A model generated the notes under the pieces. That model ran no database searches. It was not told where the DNA came from and saw only the letters and a list, made by a program, of their open reading frames with translations. Below, one piece after another: positions 8,720 through 23,700 of a DNA stretch of 64,000 nt. A program made the position numbers and the translations under genes. Location: contig CAYLXA010000009.1 in assembly GCA_964387845.1 (NCBI GenBank), forward strand, positions 42,098-106,097, in the 5' to 3' direction. Each line of letters opens with the position of its first letter. Positions within the stretch are counted from its first letter, which is position 1. Source of the DNA: an uncultured bacterium. GTDB taxonomy: Bacteria; Omnitrophota; Omnitrophia; Omnitrophales; Abzuiibacteriaceae.

Positions 8720-11700
8720 TTATGCGGCGCGTCCCAATTCGATAACGTTACGCAGTTCCGATCTTAAAGATTCCGCAATTTGAGTAATACCAAACGCATT
8801 AAACAGCGCCTTGACTTCGCTCCGGCCGACAAACACAACCTGGCTTGCATAACGCTTCAGCATTTCGGCTGACGTTGCGTCACTTTCTTTTGAAGCAATA
8901 ATCCTGAAATTCTTGGCACCCAATTTCCGAAGTTCTGAGCGCGCCTGGACAAAATCGCGCACAATCACAAAACGGTCTGAGTTTACATCCGCAACCGCGG
9001 CCCGGATGGCAGTTTCGCTGGCCGGATCAAGCGCAATGAGCGCCGTCGGATCGGCCGAATTTTCTAAAATAATCGGAAGTGCCCATAAGACATCCTCGTT
9101 AATCAAAAGGCCTTCTGTCAGAATATTACCGACTGCCGTTTCTACCCCGGCGCCATCCTGCGCTTGCATAAATTGACGAATAGCCGCTTGAGGTTCTTCG
9201 CTTCTGGCACGGGTAAACTGCCTCCGGCCTGCTTCGACTTTCGACCTGATTCGTGTAGTAACGGCCGCAGGAATCATGGAAGACGTATCCAACGAGCCAA
9301 ACGCAGAGCTCGGAACCGCAGTCAATCGCAATTCGGAACGGGTTTCTAGTTTCTGGTTTTTAGTTTCTGGTTTAAACTTGAAACTAGAGACTAGAGACTC
9401 GAAACTTTCCTTACGAAGTTCGGAACGCTCCCACTTACCCGTCTTTTCAAGCGTGTGCTGCGCAATTGCGTGTTTAGTTTTAATCAAAGACCCCAGATCA
9501 AGTTCAAATTCCGAGGATGTTAAAGTATATGTACCCGAAAATCTGGATTCCAATTGCTGGATGCGTTCCACACCTTCCAGAACCAAAACTTTTGTCATGT
9601 TCAACTCATGATCAGACTCAAGCCCGAGATCGATACGATGTTGGGTCCTGTTCACAACCGAAACGAGCGCAAAAAGTTCCGAGACCATTTTCCCGAATGC
9701 CATAAAATAGCTTTGAACTTCTTTCTTATCTTTGATGGCTTTTGCCCCGCCAAACCGTTCTATAAGTTCTTCGCCGGCTTTTTCAACCAAAGCTGATACG
9801 TTCCAAACAATTTCCCAATCACGCTGAAGCGGGCTTTGGTCTGGAATATCCCAGCCTTGCAGCAATTGACGGTCATTCTTCCACACTTCGGATTCCAAAT
9901 ATTTGAGTACTGCCGATGCAATAACTTGCGAATAAAGGATTTCGTTGGCGCCTTCAAAAATCGTCATGACACGGGCATCCGCGTTAGTACGGGCGACTTG
10001 TTCTTCAACCATAAACCCCGCACCGCCGCGTTTTTGAACCGCTTCACTTGTCAAACGGTTCAGAACTTCAGAGCCCCACGCCTTCGCGGCCGCAGCTTCA
10101 AGCCCTGGTTCCGAAACACCGCCGTCAAAAAGCCCGGCAAGTGAATAGCTAATAGACTCAAGCGCATAGGTGTAAGCTTCCATGTCTGCAAGCGTTTCCT
10201 GAACAGCGCCCCAATTGGCGAGCTGCGTACCGAACTGTATGCGATCGAGCGACCAATTTAAAGTTCTTTCAAATGAACGGAGCGCACCGCCCCAGCTTCC
10301 GGCTGCGACCGCCGTACGGCCGTGATTGAGAATCGACATGCCGATTTTATTGCCGTCGCCCAATTGGCCGAGCAGATTTTCCTTCGGAACCCGCGCATTC
10401 TCAAAATACACATCGACAGTCGAAGAACCATGAAGGCCTGTTTTGTGGTAGTCGTTGCTGATGGAAATGCCTGCCGCTTTGCGTGCTTCCGCATCCTTCG
10501 GGAATTCAACGATAAAAACACTCTTCTCGTTTTCACCCGTCATCGCAAATACGGTCATAACATCCATGAAACGGCCGTTTGTGATAAACGCTTTTTCGCC
10601 GGTAATTTCATAATATTCTTCACCGGTCGTTTCATCTTTTTTGAGCACCGCTTTGGTTTTTAAAACCGATTCGCGGTTTAAGCTGTCTGAACCATGCGCG
10701 GTTTCAGTCAACGCGTAAGCGCCGATCCATTCGCCGGTCGCGAGTTTCGGCAGGTATTTCCGCTTTTGCTCTTCCGTTCCGAATTTCACAATCGGAAGCG
10801 TTCCGACACCGCCATGAACACGAACGAGAGAACCCACCGACGGATTGGCATACCACGCCCACATATCTGCCAGTGTTTTCATAATCTTTTTAAAGTTACC
10901 CAACCCGTATTCTTCGGGAACTGACATCCCCAGCAAGCCCATCTCTCCTGCCTGCTGCAAAATGCCGCCCTCATCCTCAACTTTGACAGCGCCGCTATCA
11001 ATCTTTTCGCTTTCCGGAACTACCGCGCTCTTGAAGAAATTGGCGATGGCTTCATTCATTGCATTGATTTCTTCATGACCGGCTAAATCTTCCGGAAATT
11101 GGAGCGTGCCTTCGGCCACATTGGCGCGGCCATATAATAGGAAGTCGCCGGATTTGGGCGTACTTTCGGCGAACGGTACCAGTGCTTTGTCATTCTGAGG
11201 CGCAGCCGAAGAATCTACGGTCGCAGATCCTTCGCTTCGCTCAGGATGACCGGCTTTTGCCTTATCCAGCACTTCTTTTTCCATCGCGTCCATCATTTTC
11301 AGAGTATTGGCGCGAATCAAAAGAGCGTTCTTTCCATTTCTTGCTTCATAGGTAACGGGAACGATCGGCAGTTTTTCACGCGTGACTTTGATTTTGTCAG
11401 CCGCGGGAGCAATAGCGCGGATGTCAATCACATCGCCCGGACGGATGTCATGATTAAAAGTAGCCAGATCGGTCACATTCAGTAATAAATGACCGGGAAC
11501 GGCTTCCGCAGACATCCTGGCCGCTACTTTAATGGCTGCAAGAATATTGACAAGTCTCGGATCATTTGATTCGGCAATCACGCGTACACCGTTTAAATAA
11601 TCTTCCGTAACCGTTACGGGCAGAAGGCCGCTTGGATTTTCATTTGGCGATGACGTATCTTGAATGCGCGGGCTTGCAGAATCCGTAAAATCAAATATCT

Positions 11701-14700
11701 GCTTCGGAACCGAGTGCGTAACACCTTCGGACCATGCTTTCGCCTGATCGATTTGCGATTGGGTGGGTTTTGAAGTATCAAACGGCTCATCGGCCGGCCT
11801 TGGTTTCATATTGGCAACGATTTCTGCCACCACTTTCCCGGCTTGATTAACAACCTGAATCTTAAGCTTCGCGACACCATTTTCAGAAATACTCATGACT
11901 TCAATGACCGGTGTCACCACGTCGTCAAACTTCACGGGCGCTGAAAATTTCGCGCTTTCTACCGCACTACCCTCATCTCCGATGCCGATAAATTCATACC
12001 CGGGAAGCTCTTCCTGGGTACGGGCCAGCATTTTAGAAACCGTCAGAAGGCCATGTGCAACCAGAGCGCCAAATTTGGACGCTTCCGCGTATTCTTTGAG
12101 TAAGTGGAAACGGTTGCGGTCGCCTTCCATCGCGAAGAGCTTGACCATCCACTCGCGCATGATGAGCGCGTTTCCGAGAATCTTTTGGCCGGCGAATACG
12201 GAAAGTGCGTTGTCTTCCGTGCGCCCGCCCGGACGAAGCGCTAAGAGAAGTCTTGCGCGCGCCTTTGTATAACGTTCTTTTTCGGCATCGCTCAAAATAC
12301 CAGGGATTTTCATGGCGCGTTCCATTTGGATAAACGGAATGCGCGCGGATGCAGCATCTACGATTTCAAGCGCGCCGGTCACAGGATCTTTGAATCCGAC
12401 AGCGCCAAGGCCGCGGTCTTGATCGGCAACGGCGTAATCTTCGATAATCGCAAGGTCGCGCTCAGTTGAATTTTTCCATGCTTTTGCGTACGCTTTGCCT
12501 GCATCACTCTTGAGCCATTCTTTCTTGGCCGCTTTGCCTTCATCCGTTTTCAAATCAAATACGGGCATCGCACCGACCGTGTCAGCGCGTTGCGGACTTA
12601 ACAAGCGGTTAATTTCATCAACTTGATTGGCTTTTGCAAGTTTTCCCGCGAAACCCCAATTGGCGACACGTTCCGCTTCATGCGTTACATTTTCATCACT
12701 GGAATAACCATCGATCGCGTCAATTTTTGAATATGCCGTGAGAGCAATAAAAAGTGAGTGATAATAATTGTAACCTTTCGTTGTCGGATCATCTTCGGCC
12801 TCATGAACCATATTGCCGTCAACATCGAAAATCGCGGCCGTTACGCGGCGGCTTGCACGCATGATCGACTGCGTTTCCGATTCCTCAAACGCTTTTGCTT
12901 CTTGTTCGATTGCTTTAGGGTCAGAAATGCTGGGTACAATTTCAAACCCTCCCGTGAGATATCTATAATCATGTTCAAACTCGGATAGAAAACCGTCTAG
13001 CTCTCTGATTTCTTTTGCGCTTTGTGTGTTTTGATACACAATACCCGTAACAGAGGATGCGAGTAATGGGAAAATATCCTTAAGTCTTTCGATTGGATTT
13101 GACTTTGCAGTTTCAATCCAAATAATCTTTTCATGCTCGCCCGGGAGCATCAATCCTTTAAGTTTTTGTATAGAATCCTTGAAAGAACCGTCTTGCCACC
13201 ACGAAGCCGGTGCGGAATCTAAATTGATTTTAATGATATCCACCTCTGAATTCATTGCTATATTCAGAGCTTCATAGTCATTTACGTCAACACTTACGAT
13301 TGATCGTGCCAATGACACATCGCGCGGAACGAAAACTTCGGGCGGAAGAATAGGTTTGCTGTCGGCTGCCATTTTGTCGAGATCGGCCAGTTTTATTTCG
13401 GGTAATTTTTTGTAATCGTAATCCGGATGTTTGCGGATGACAGGCGGAAATTGGCCGAGGAATGGCTCCATTCCCTTCAAGTGGTTCGGATGAACGCTCC
13501 ACTTGCGGTTCATGCCGATCTTGATAAATTTTTCTGTGTCGGCTGTGGTCGGCTCAACTTCAAGTTTCACGGTAATGCCGGTACCCGCCACTTTTCCGGT
13601 TTTCTTTCCGGCTTCAACGATATCGAGAAGCGCTGAGCGCATATACGGAAATTGCTCATGCTGCACTTCATTTTTCCCGCCGGTTGCGGCTGTGTAATCG
13701 ACAACGCCAAGCTGTGCTTCTTCTACTTCCGGAGCAATTGATAAAATCCGTTCAGCGTTCAAAGTTCCACCGGGAAGTTCTGTGAGCACAAATACTTTAT
13801 GAGAACCGACGGGGCGATTGACCCATTTTTGTTCGGCTTGAATCGCACGCAGATTGGCAACACCGATGCGGACATCCTGCGGGCCGAATACTTTCGGCAT
13901 ATAAATACCGTCTATCAAATGGCCGATGGCGCGAAAGACGATGGAATAATCGCCCGCGGACCACTTGGTGCGCAGATTGTTCGGACGGAACAGAATCATC
14001 TGGTCTTTATGGAAACGCGCTTCTTCTTTTAATTGGAAGCGTCTATTGCGCGAATGAATCTCATCCCACTCGTCTTCTGACAACATCCGGTAATCCGAAT
14101 AATCGGTGTCATCCGGCAATTCAATAAGATATTTGTCGATCGGATCTTTTTCGTCGTTGGCCTGCAAAGCATTCTTTTTCAAGAAATCAACTTGCTCTTG
14201 TGTGAGGATTTCGCCCTTGAACAACCGGATCAATTGAATAATGACTTCGCGCGCAAGTTCCTTGCGGATGGTCGCTACGGCATCTTCCAAATCTAATAGA
14301 AGAATCGGAGCCTTCATGCCCGCGCGTGCGGCAAGCAGCATGAATTTCCAGTTATCACCGGGAAACACATTTTGGACTTCGCGCGGCATGTACTCCCACG
14401 CAAGCCGTGCGGCAACTTCATCAGCCGTCACATCGGGCTTCACGACTTTCCAATTTTCGTAGCGGTAATTGAGGTCTTTCACGGCATGAGCTTCATCATT
14501 GCCAAACGCGGTCAGCAATGCCTGCTTCACTTCCGCATTCGTCACTTGATCGAGCGAAATTTCCCGTAATTCGGAACGGACAAACTCGGGGCTCTTCAAT
14601 CTGTTGCGGTCAATTTTTTGAAGGTCGCCGGTGCGCGGAAGTGAGGAAACAATCACAACCCGCTTGGGTGCTTTGTAATGGGCAAGTGACTCTTTTGCGG

Positions 14701-17700
14701 ATTCAATAATCTCTTCTTCCCTGCCTTTTAATGCTCCGAACCAGGCTTCGGTGACAAAAGCAACCACCACTTCATCAAAATGGCCGACCAATTCGGCAAA
14801 GTCATCATCGGAAATAACGCCGGCCTCGCCGTGAACAACCTGATCAAAATAAGCAGGATCGTTGATTCCGACGACTGCAACTTCATTGACACCCTGAAAA
14901 TTAGAAATTACCTTTTCCACTTCGCCCGGATTTACATTTTGGCTGCCGGTGATAATGACGTTTTTCGTACGGCCGGTGATGGTCACGTAACCTTCGGAAT
15001 CTATTGTCGCCAAATCACCCGTACGGACCCACGTCAGGCCGATTTTTTGAGTTAAAGCCTCTTTAGTCGCTTTCGGATCATTCCAATATTCCCTCATCAC
15101 TTGCGGAGCCGAAACAATAAGCTCGCCTTCCTGACTGCCTGCAATGATGTCCCAAGTTCCCGGCTTCACAACACGCGCCACAACATCACGGTTTGGCTTT
15201 CCAACCGTTCCGGGTTTTTCGGCGTTAATCGGGTTCGTGATGGTGCTGGTGGCTTCGGTTAATCCGTAACCTTCGATCAAGCGCGCGCCGGTTGCTTCTT
15301 CAAACGCACCTTTTACTTTTCCGAGAGCGGAACCGCGGCTTAGACCGATCAAGCCCGGAAATTTCCGGCCTGATTGCGCCAGCGAATGGAAAATTGCGGG
15401 AACCGCAAACAACAACTTCGCGTTTGATTCGGCCAGCGTTTGCGCCAAGCCGTCTACAAATGATGCGGAAGTTTGATTATAAGGAAGGCGGGGCGCGAGA
15501 ATAATCGGCCGGCCTTGAAGCATGCTCGCAAACACCACATGCGTTCCGTAAGTTTTCGGCTGTAAAGGAATCACGGCCGGTCCCGGCTCAACATCCTTCA
15601 GCCAATCCTGATATTGTCCGAGCGTCGCTGCAATATTCGCATGCGTCTGTGCCACAATTTTCGGAGTCCCCGAAGTTCCGGTCGATGGTGAAAGCTGCGC
15701 AATATTTTTTTCATAAACCGGCCTTCTGGAAGGAGCGCCGTTCGTGGGCGTATTAAAAATGTCATCGAGCACTTTCGCGGTTCCGTGGCGTAGTCTATGT
15801 TCGCCCAAATCAGAAACATAAATCCTTAAATTCGGGAATTCCTGAACAATATTTCTCAAATCATCTTTGCGGTAATAGTCAGTCAAAATCACCAACGCTT
15901 TTGCGCCGGTTTCTTTGAGATGGCGGACGATATCACTGCGGTTCCACAAAGTTTCAAACGGAACACGGACGGCGCCTGCCCGCCAAATCCCGAGGTCGAC
16001 GGCAAGATCATAGGCCGAATTCGGCATCATGACGGCCACGCGGTCGCCTTTTTCAATTCCCGACCGAATGAGCTCTGCGCTGAACCGGCCGGCCCATTGG
16101 CCGAGCTGTTCGTATGTTATAGATTGATTTTCCATCGGAACCACGGCAGAAGCGCTTCTGGCCAGCCGGATGGTTTGCTTCGGATATTTTTCTATCGCAT
16201 CGTCAATCATTCGCACAATGTGGTAATTGCGTGCTTCAATTTCCGATGTCACCTGCGCTCGCATTGATATAGTTGCGTGATCAGGTACCATTGGCGATGG
16301 ATTTAAATCGAGGTCTTCCATATTAACCGGCTGCGGCGCATCCGAGACCCACTCTAAGAGCGAGCGCGGAATTGTGACGGAGTAGCGATCCGCAACTTCT
16401 TGAACCAGCGACAGGACACCTGCGGCGCCGATCTCGGTCATTTGCTTAAAAATGCCTTTTTCCCATTTGAACGCGAGCCGGACGGCAACGTCGATGCCCT
16501 CTTTGGCTTCTTCGGGGCTTTCAACATCCAGAATGGCATTTTCATCGATCAACTGCCATGCCACCAAAAATACGCCGCCCAAAATAAAATCACGGACCGC
16601 GCCCACAACATTATTCGGAAGCGTTTCGCCCGCGGAAAACTCAACTCTTCGGGCTTCATTAAATTGAGATTCAAAATCAAGCAAAGACGGAGAGGGCGCA
16701 TAAAATTGATCCGGATACGCGCTGTGCAGAATTCTTTGAGAGTTTGCCACAATGTCAGGCGCAATGTACTTCGCGACAAGCTCTGCCGCTCCTTGTGCGG
16801 CGCCGAGCGCCATTTTGAATGCTTCGTCAATGGTCGCGAAATTCACGTTTTCCATATTAACGCCGATGCCGCCCAAAATGGTTGCCGGAGCGCCTTCATC
16901 CGCGATCCGAAGCGCGTGATTGAGCACGGGAATAATCAAACGGCTTGTCACAAACCCCGGCTGGCTTTTTACGACAATGGCGGTTTTTCCGACCGTACGC
17001 ACGAACATTTTTGCGCGCTCGACGGTTTCCGGCGAAGTTTCTCTTCCAACCACAATTTCGACCAATTCATTCACGTGCGCAGGAAGCTGAAAATGAATGC
17101 CGATCACATATTGTTTCCGCTCGGCACTGACCGCTTCGGCAAGCTCTTCAATCGGAATCGTCGTGGTGTTGGTGGCTAAAATCGCACCTTCTTTCGCCAG
17201 CTTATCCAATTGCCTAAAGAGCGCCTGTTTCACGGCTTTGTCTTCAACCGCAGCTTCTATAATGATACCTTTTGAAGCCACTGCTTCCGGCAAGCTGGTG
17301 CCATAATCCAACAAGTTATCGAGCTGGCCGAGCTGGGCTTCCGATAATTTTCCATTTTCATGGGCTTTTCTAAAGCTATCTTGCAAGGTTTTCTGTGCCT
17401 TTTGAATCATTTCCGGTGAAATATCATAAAGCGACGTCCATAATTCGCCGTTCTGTGCGGCGACTTGCGCAATCCGCGATCCCATCTTCCCCGCGCCCAA
17501 TACTGCCACATAATTATCTTCATGACGCGAGCGCAACTCGGAGCGCGGCATTTGGACGAGCTCGGTGAGGACTTTCTTGCCGCCCTGAATGGAAACAAGC
17601 GTGAAGAAAACGGTCGTGCCGTTTGCTCCGGGGCGCGGCGCTTGGTCGACTAATATGATTCCGGAAGTTTTGCTTTTGGCGGCTTCAACGATGTCTGCCG

Positions 17701-20700
17701 CGGCAGCTTCGATATTGGGCGTCCAGATTTCAACCTGCTGGATACCTTCGCCGAATTTGGCAATATGTTTTGTAATCGTATTCCGCGGGCTATCAGGCGT
17801 ATCCGTTAAAATATCAAGGATTCTGGGCGATCCATCAGCCCCGCCGACGGTGATTTCGAACTCATTAACGCCGACACCTGTCGGAACATCGGAAAGCGGA
17901 TGATCTTGCTCGCCCCACAACACACGGATTTTGGCAAAATTTTCGGCCGATACGGCAAGCCCCGCCGAAGCAGCGCTGGAGTGGCCGATTGCGGGCAAGA
18001 GGTCTCTTTCCACGGGAACGGAATGATTGTAAATAACCGGATTTTGGCGGACAACATCAATCAATTGGTCGCCCGCAATCGCAAAAATCCGCGCTGCATA
18101 CTCTCTGATCTTGGGATCATCTGACACCAAGTCTGCGGTTGTGACGACTCGTGTTTTTGAAAACGGTTCGCGGGCATCGCGAACGAGCGGCTCGGGCTGC
18201 GGATTTGGTCCCTCACGAAACGCTGTGACCCCCACAAGCGGCGTAAGGCCGGCAACAATTTTTGCGGTTTTCATGTCTGCTGCGCGTGTAATATCAGAAG
18301 CTGAAACGGGCACATCCTGCAGCAAGAACTTCCTGGTTGCATCAATCAATTGGCTGGTTAACTCTTCAATCACGAAGGAACCGCCCAAGGGGTCACGAAC
18401 GCCCTCAAGGCCGGCTTCATATTCCAGTACGGCGACCGTGTCTTTGGCAAGCTGTTCCGCCCACGCACTCCAGCGGGTACGAATACCGAACGGAAGGTCA
18501 AACGGACGAACTTCGATTTTCTGGGCCCCGCCCAATTTCGCGGCGAATGCCTGAAGGGCACCGCGGGCGATGTTATTCCATGATTTTTCGGTTACAAGAG
18601 ATGAAGCATCCGTGCGGGCAATGATGCGAAGCTGTTGGGCTTCGGTGTCTTCGATGCCCTTCTCTTTCAGTAACGTTGCCCACAATTCCCGAGCTACACG
18701 GAATTTTGCCACATTTTCAAGAAATTGGTTTCCTGCATTTAATCGAAAAACAACTGACCGTGCGCGCTCGGTTTGTATTTTTGAGTCATCGGCTGCGAAA
18801 ACAAATTCAAGCGCTTTGTGCAGTGACCACGCCAATTCTTGCGCTGCCGTTACTCCGGTCTCACCGAGTTCAAAACCATTGACCACATAACTATTAGCCG
18901 CATCCTCGATTTCACGATTAATTCCGCCGGTGTAAGGAAATTGTGCCGACTCCGGCTGATTAAATGACGGTTCCGGAACAGAAGCCAATTGCGCTGATTG
19001 TTCGGTCAAGTAATTCCGAAGTTTTTCATTGAAAAGCGGTACAAACTCGCCTTCCCACGGCGTTTCACGGTCCGCAACGCCGAAAACATTTTTCAAACGT
19101 TCCGTAATTTCACCGATAGTCGCATAAGCTTCGACCGCTTCGATGATGGACGGCATCAGGTTGGTTGATTCGGACTTAGCGGCGGCTTCAACCGCGTCTA
19201 ACTTTTCCGCAACCAGCGTGTTATCTCTTTCTGATTTTAATTCTTCAAGCGCTTCGATTTGCTTGGTACGGAATGTATCGCCTTTCGAATCAACGCTGAA
19301 AATTTTAACCGGCGGCGCCAACTTGTCGCCTTCGGTTTCTATATTCACACCGACTACCTTTTTTGTTCCGCTGTCAATGGCCTTGGTTTCCTCATAGGCA
19401 TGTTGAAGCACGCGCTCATTTAAGTCGCTTAATACTTTGGTTAAATCGCTTTGCTTTACATATTCACCGAGCATGGACCAAACCTGGCGCTCGATACGGT
19501 CCGTCAATGTTTCCACATAACTGTTCTTGGCGCCGCCCAAAGGATCAATAAATTCGGTGATTCCGGTTTCATTCAAAACAATATTGCCGGTATCAAGAGA
19601 AATGGCCTGGCTTTCCGCCGTCGGGATAGCAATCGCCTCATCAAACGAAGTGGTATTAAATCCCTGAGCGCCGGTAAATACCGCTGTGACGGTCCGAATC
19701 GCATCACGGACAATATTGACATGCGGCTTATGAGCGCGTAAGTCGGTTCCGCCCGTGTAAGCCTGGACGCGCCAATGCATCGCGCGCGGATCTTGAACGC
19801 CGAAACCCTCCTTCATGATCTGCGCCCAAATGCGGCGCCCGGCACGGTATTTCGCGACTTCCTCAAGCGAATTCATTTTCACGTTCATGAAGAAGGAGAC
19901 CTGCTTGGCAACCTCTTCAACATTTTGGCCGGCTTCCTGCGCCACGGTTAAATATTCGATTCCGGAAACGAACGCGGAAACCAGTTCTTCAACAGCCGTC
20001 GCGCCGGCTTCACGCGCGTGATAACCGGTCACGCTAATAGTATTGAAATAAGGGACAGCGTCTTTAGCAAAAGCAAAAATATCGCGAATCAGCCGCAAAG
20101 AAGGCTTAAGCGGGAAAATAAATGTGTCGCGGCGGCCCACAGCCATTTCTTTAATAATATCGTTCTGAACTGTTCCGCGGAGTTCTTTTACATCCACGCC
20201 GGCTTTTTTCGCGGCCGCGATGAACATGGCAAGCAAAATAGAGGCAGGTGCGTTGATTGTTTTAGAAACACCGATTCGTTTCGCGGTCAAGAGCTTCATC
20301 ACTTCAGGCGTAAACAACGCTTCATAATCTTTTAATGAAGCAACCGAAATTCCGGCTTTGCCCACTTCCCCGAGTGTTAATTCGTTTGTCGGATCCAATC
20401 CTAGCTGTGTCGGGAGGTCAAACGCGGTGCTCAAGCCTGTAGCCCCTGCTTCAATTTGCTTCAAGAAAAGTTCTCGAGTTTCATCAGCAGTGCCAAAACC
20501 GGAATACTTTCGATTAACCGGAAGCCTGCCGCCAAAACGTCCGACATACATCGACGGATGAATGCCGCGCGTAAACGGATATTGTCCGGCTTGGCCAAGC
20601 ACGCCCAGCGCGATATGCAGCTCGCTCCTGTTCGCCGGCCGTCCGCTCATTTCAATGACTTGCGCAACCCACTCCGCAGGCGCGCCTACCGGTCCGCTAA

Positions 20701-23700
20701 CCGCCGCTTTGGCAGCAACCGCACCGACTCGTTCTTCAGGGGTCGGCTCTTGTGTCCCGGCGTCAAAATCGTATCCCTCTAACCACGCATCCGCATCAAA
20801 TCCCGAAGAAGCAGCGCGAAGCTCGCTGCGGATTCCGCGTACTTCTCTAAATTTCTGTTCGCTTTCTGCCGTAATCTCATCAACCGACCGAAGCAAACGT
20901 TTATTAAATTCTTCCGCTGTCATTTCTTGAATCTCTTTCAGTGCGATCGCAATATCTTGATCCTGCTGCTTCTTTTGCAAACGTTCGGTTAGCCGTTTGA
21001 TCAGAAACGCGCGAAATTCACGATGCTTCATGTTTGTCACATCTTCATCACCGATCGTGAGTAAAATTTGTCTGTATCGGATTCCCATGGACGGATCCAA
21101 CGCGAGCGCGGTGAAATGATTAAGCATTTCCTGGGATACATCGCCCATTTCACGGAGGACGGCTTCTTTGTTAGCATCGCCAACCGTAATCGGACCCGTT
21201 GTGCCGATCAGCCCGGCCGCGTCGCTGCCAGATGTGCCTTCAAGTAATTCTTCTGCCGTATAAGGCGCCTTGGCTTCTTCAACCGGGAAAACCCATTCGC
21301 CTGCGGCGCGCTCTGCTTGAAGGCGCTGCATTTCCGCGGTAAGGTGCGATTCAAAACTTGCAACCGAAACATCTAGAAGCTTCTCATAAGCGGCATTAAT
21401 TTTCTCGCCTTCTGCTTCGTTTTCTTTCGCGACTCTCTGGTAACGCTCCTGCATTTGTGTTTTGATTTCATCCAAAATTTCAGCCGGAGATTTATTTTCG
21501 ATATTAATTTCGGGAACAGTTTTTAGAATTTCGATGTAAACATCGCCGCGTGCCGGATCAGCCGCACGCGCAATCGCATAAGCTTCCGCCACCGCAAAAA
21601 TATCCGGAAGCCTATTTTCTATTCGCTCAAATAATTCATCTGTGTCCGGCTCAAGGCCCAAAGCTTCCTGCACGGCGGCAGAATCTGAATGAGCAATGGC
21701 CTGCCACGCTTCAAAAACAGCGGACGACAATTTATCTTCCGCCGGGGTTCTGGGCTCGTAGGCCGCGTAAGGATCGTAAACGATCCCCTGCTCTTTGGCG
21801 GTTTCAATCACTCGAAGCGCAAGTTTTATATTCCGGACCTGGTCACGGTGAACCTGTTTTTCATAAGCTTCGGCGATGGTTTTAATACCGCCTTCTTGAA
21901 CACCGGCCAAAATATTATTCTTGCCCGTTCCTTGTGATTCAACGGCCTTGGGCAAATCTGGCCACGAGAAAAGTTTTGCCGGAGGCGGAATAATTTCGCC
22001 GCGCATGATCCAGTCAACCACGGCAGATGCCTCAGAGCCTGACGCGTAATGCGAGCCCAGCATGACTTTGCGGCTTAGTAAAATGGAAACTTGCGTCATC
22101 CAGGTATTCGCCGCGTGATAACGAAGCGATAGCTTGGAAGTATCGTTCGGATAAATAATTTGAGAGAAGAAACCAACAAATGTGAGCGGGTTTAGAATTT
22201 GTTCACCGTCTTCACCATCCCACAGTACCACCGACACATCCGGGCCGAATGGGGTTCCGTCTTTTCGCTTTCCAAAAACTTCGCCCAGAGCCTCGCCAAA
22301 AGGCAGAACAACGGAAGTCTGATAAGCACTGAACGCTTTCTGCCGTTTTTCGAATTCACTATTTTCATCAGCGGTTGACGTGTCAGAAAGCACCTGCGGA
22401 GGGTCGGGCATCCGCTGAAAATACCGCCCGGCGCTTTCGGCAGACGCGTTTAGCTGCGCCTGAACTTTACTTAGAATTTCACGCACAACTTCTTCGGATT
22501 GGCCGAGTTCTGAAATGAATTTTTTATTTTCTAGAATGTTGCCAAAATTTCCTGATTTCACCTCATCAAAAATTGATTTACCGAATGAAAGCGGAATAAT
22601 GCTCTTCATTTTTTTGTCTTTGATTCCGCGTTCTTTTAAAACAACTTCGAATGCTTGGCGCAAACCGACCACATTTTGAACATGATCAAGGCGTAAAATT
22701 CCGTCCGGCACTTTACGGCCAAATTTTGTACGTTCGTCTAATAAACCCCAGTTCCGAATGACGGCTTCTTCAGCTTGATCGCGGGCAACTACAACAACTG
22801 TCGCGCGGTTTTTCTTTGCCTCAATCACAGATTCTTTTGCACGTTCATCGGACCCTGCGACCATGACTCGGCGCATTCTGGGAACGCGGTAACGATTACT
22901 GCGTAAATTTTTAGCACGGGCAAACATCACCGAAATTGGCGCATCATCACGCGTTCCGAAATGCTCGTGAGCAAAACCTGTGGCTCCGGCTCCGAAAAAT
23001 GCGGCTTGGCCGCCCATGTCATTCGGATCTTTTGGATCGCCTTCGCGAAGTGCTGCAAAATGTAATCCCGCCATCTTTTGGCCGGAAGAAAACAGCGCCT
23101 TATTCGGGCGTGCTCCGGGACGCCCAAGACGTTCCATTGCCTTGTCTACTGCAGCCACATAACTAGCTTCATCGGAAATGGATGTACGATAAATAACTTC
23201 GTCCGCGCCATAAACTTTTCTTGCCACTTCTTCATTTTGTGCACTTGAAACGGTTGTAATGACTTGAGCGCCTCGAAATTTTGCAAGCTGAGTTGCCGGT
23301 CCACCCGTACCGCCCGCGCCGCCCTCATTGAGAAGGACTTGATCCTTTTTAACACCAAGCACGTTTAGCGCGTGTTCAACCGTTGGATAAACAAGACCAA
23401 CAGGCCCTAACTGTTCAAAATCGTAGGCGCCGTCTTCTACCCGGACAACTTCGATGGCGCTCAAAACGGTTTCCTGTCCAAAACTGCCTTCAAAAGCATT
23501 TTTAGCTTCATACGCCAAAATGCGGAAACTTCGGTGCGCTTGCGCGCTTCCGCCGAATGCGTCCAGAACCAAAAGATCATGGGTTCCGCTGAGCATAATC
23601 ACCATATCGCCGACTTTGAGCGCATTCTGCTGGGACGCCAACGACCCGACTTCGGTAACGATCATGAGGCCGGCACTGCCGAGCACGGTTCCTAATTCTT

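Larger units (their letters stand above)
8723..9300 (-). other. C-terminal conserved region of B (family C-terminal module) with three RSELR sites.
   Basis: ...ALIALDPASETAIRAAVADVNSDRFVIVRDFVQARSELRKLGAKNFRIIASKE...ESLRSELRNVIELGRAA*. Shares an alternating hydrophobic-strand/acidic-loop pattern with the C-termini of C, D and E. Confidence 0.4.

Noticed and set aside
16400-17179. Plus-strand ORFs from the track (for example 16400..17179 at 259 aa, 6224..6835 at 203 aa, 29958..30494 at 178 aa) and all the other 60-150-aa plus-strand ORFs.
   Set aside because: All lie antisense inside the giant minus-strand frames. They have no recognisable domains or RBS and are short. This is the expected spurious antisense noise in a region that is strongly coding on the other strand.
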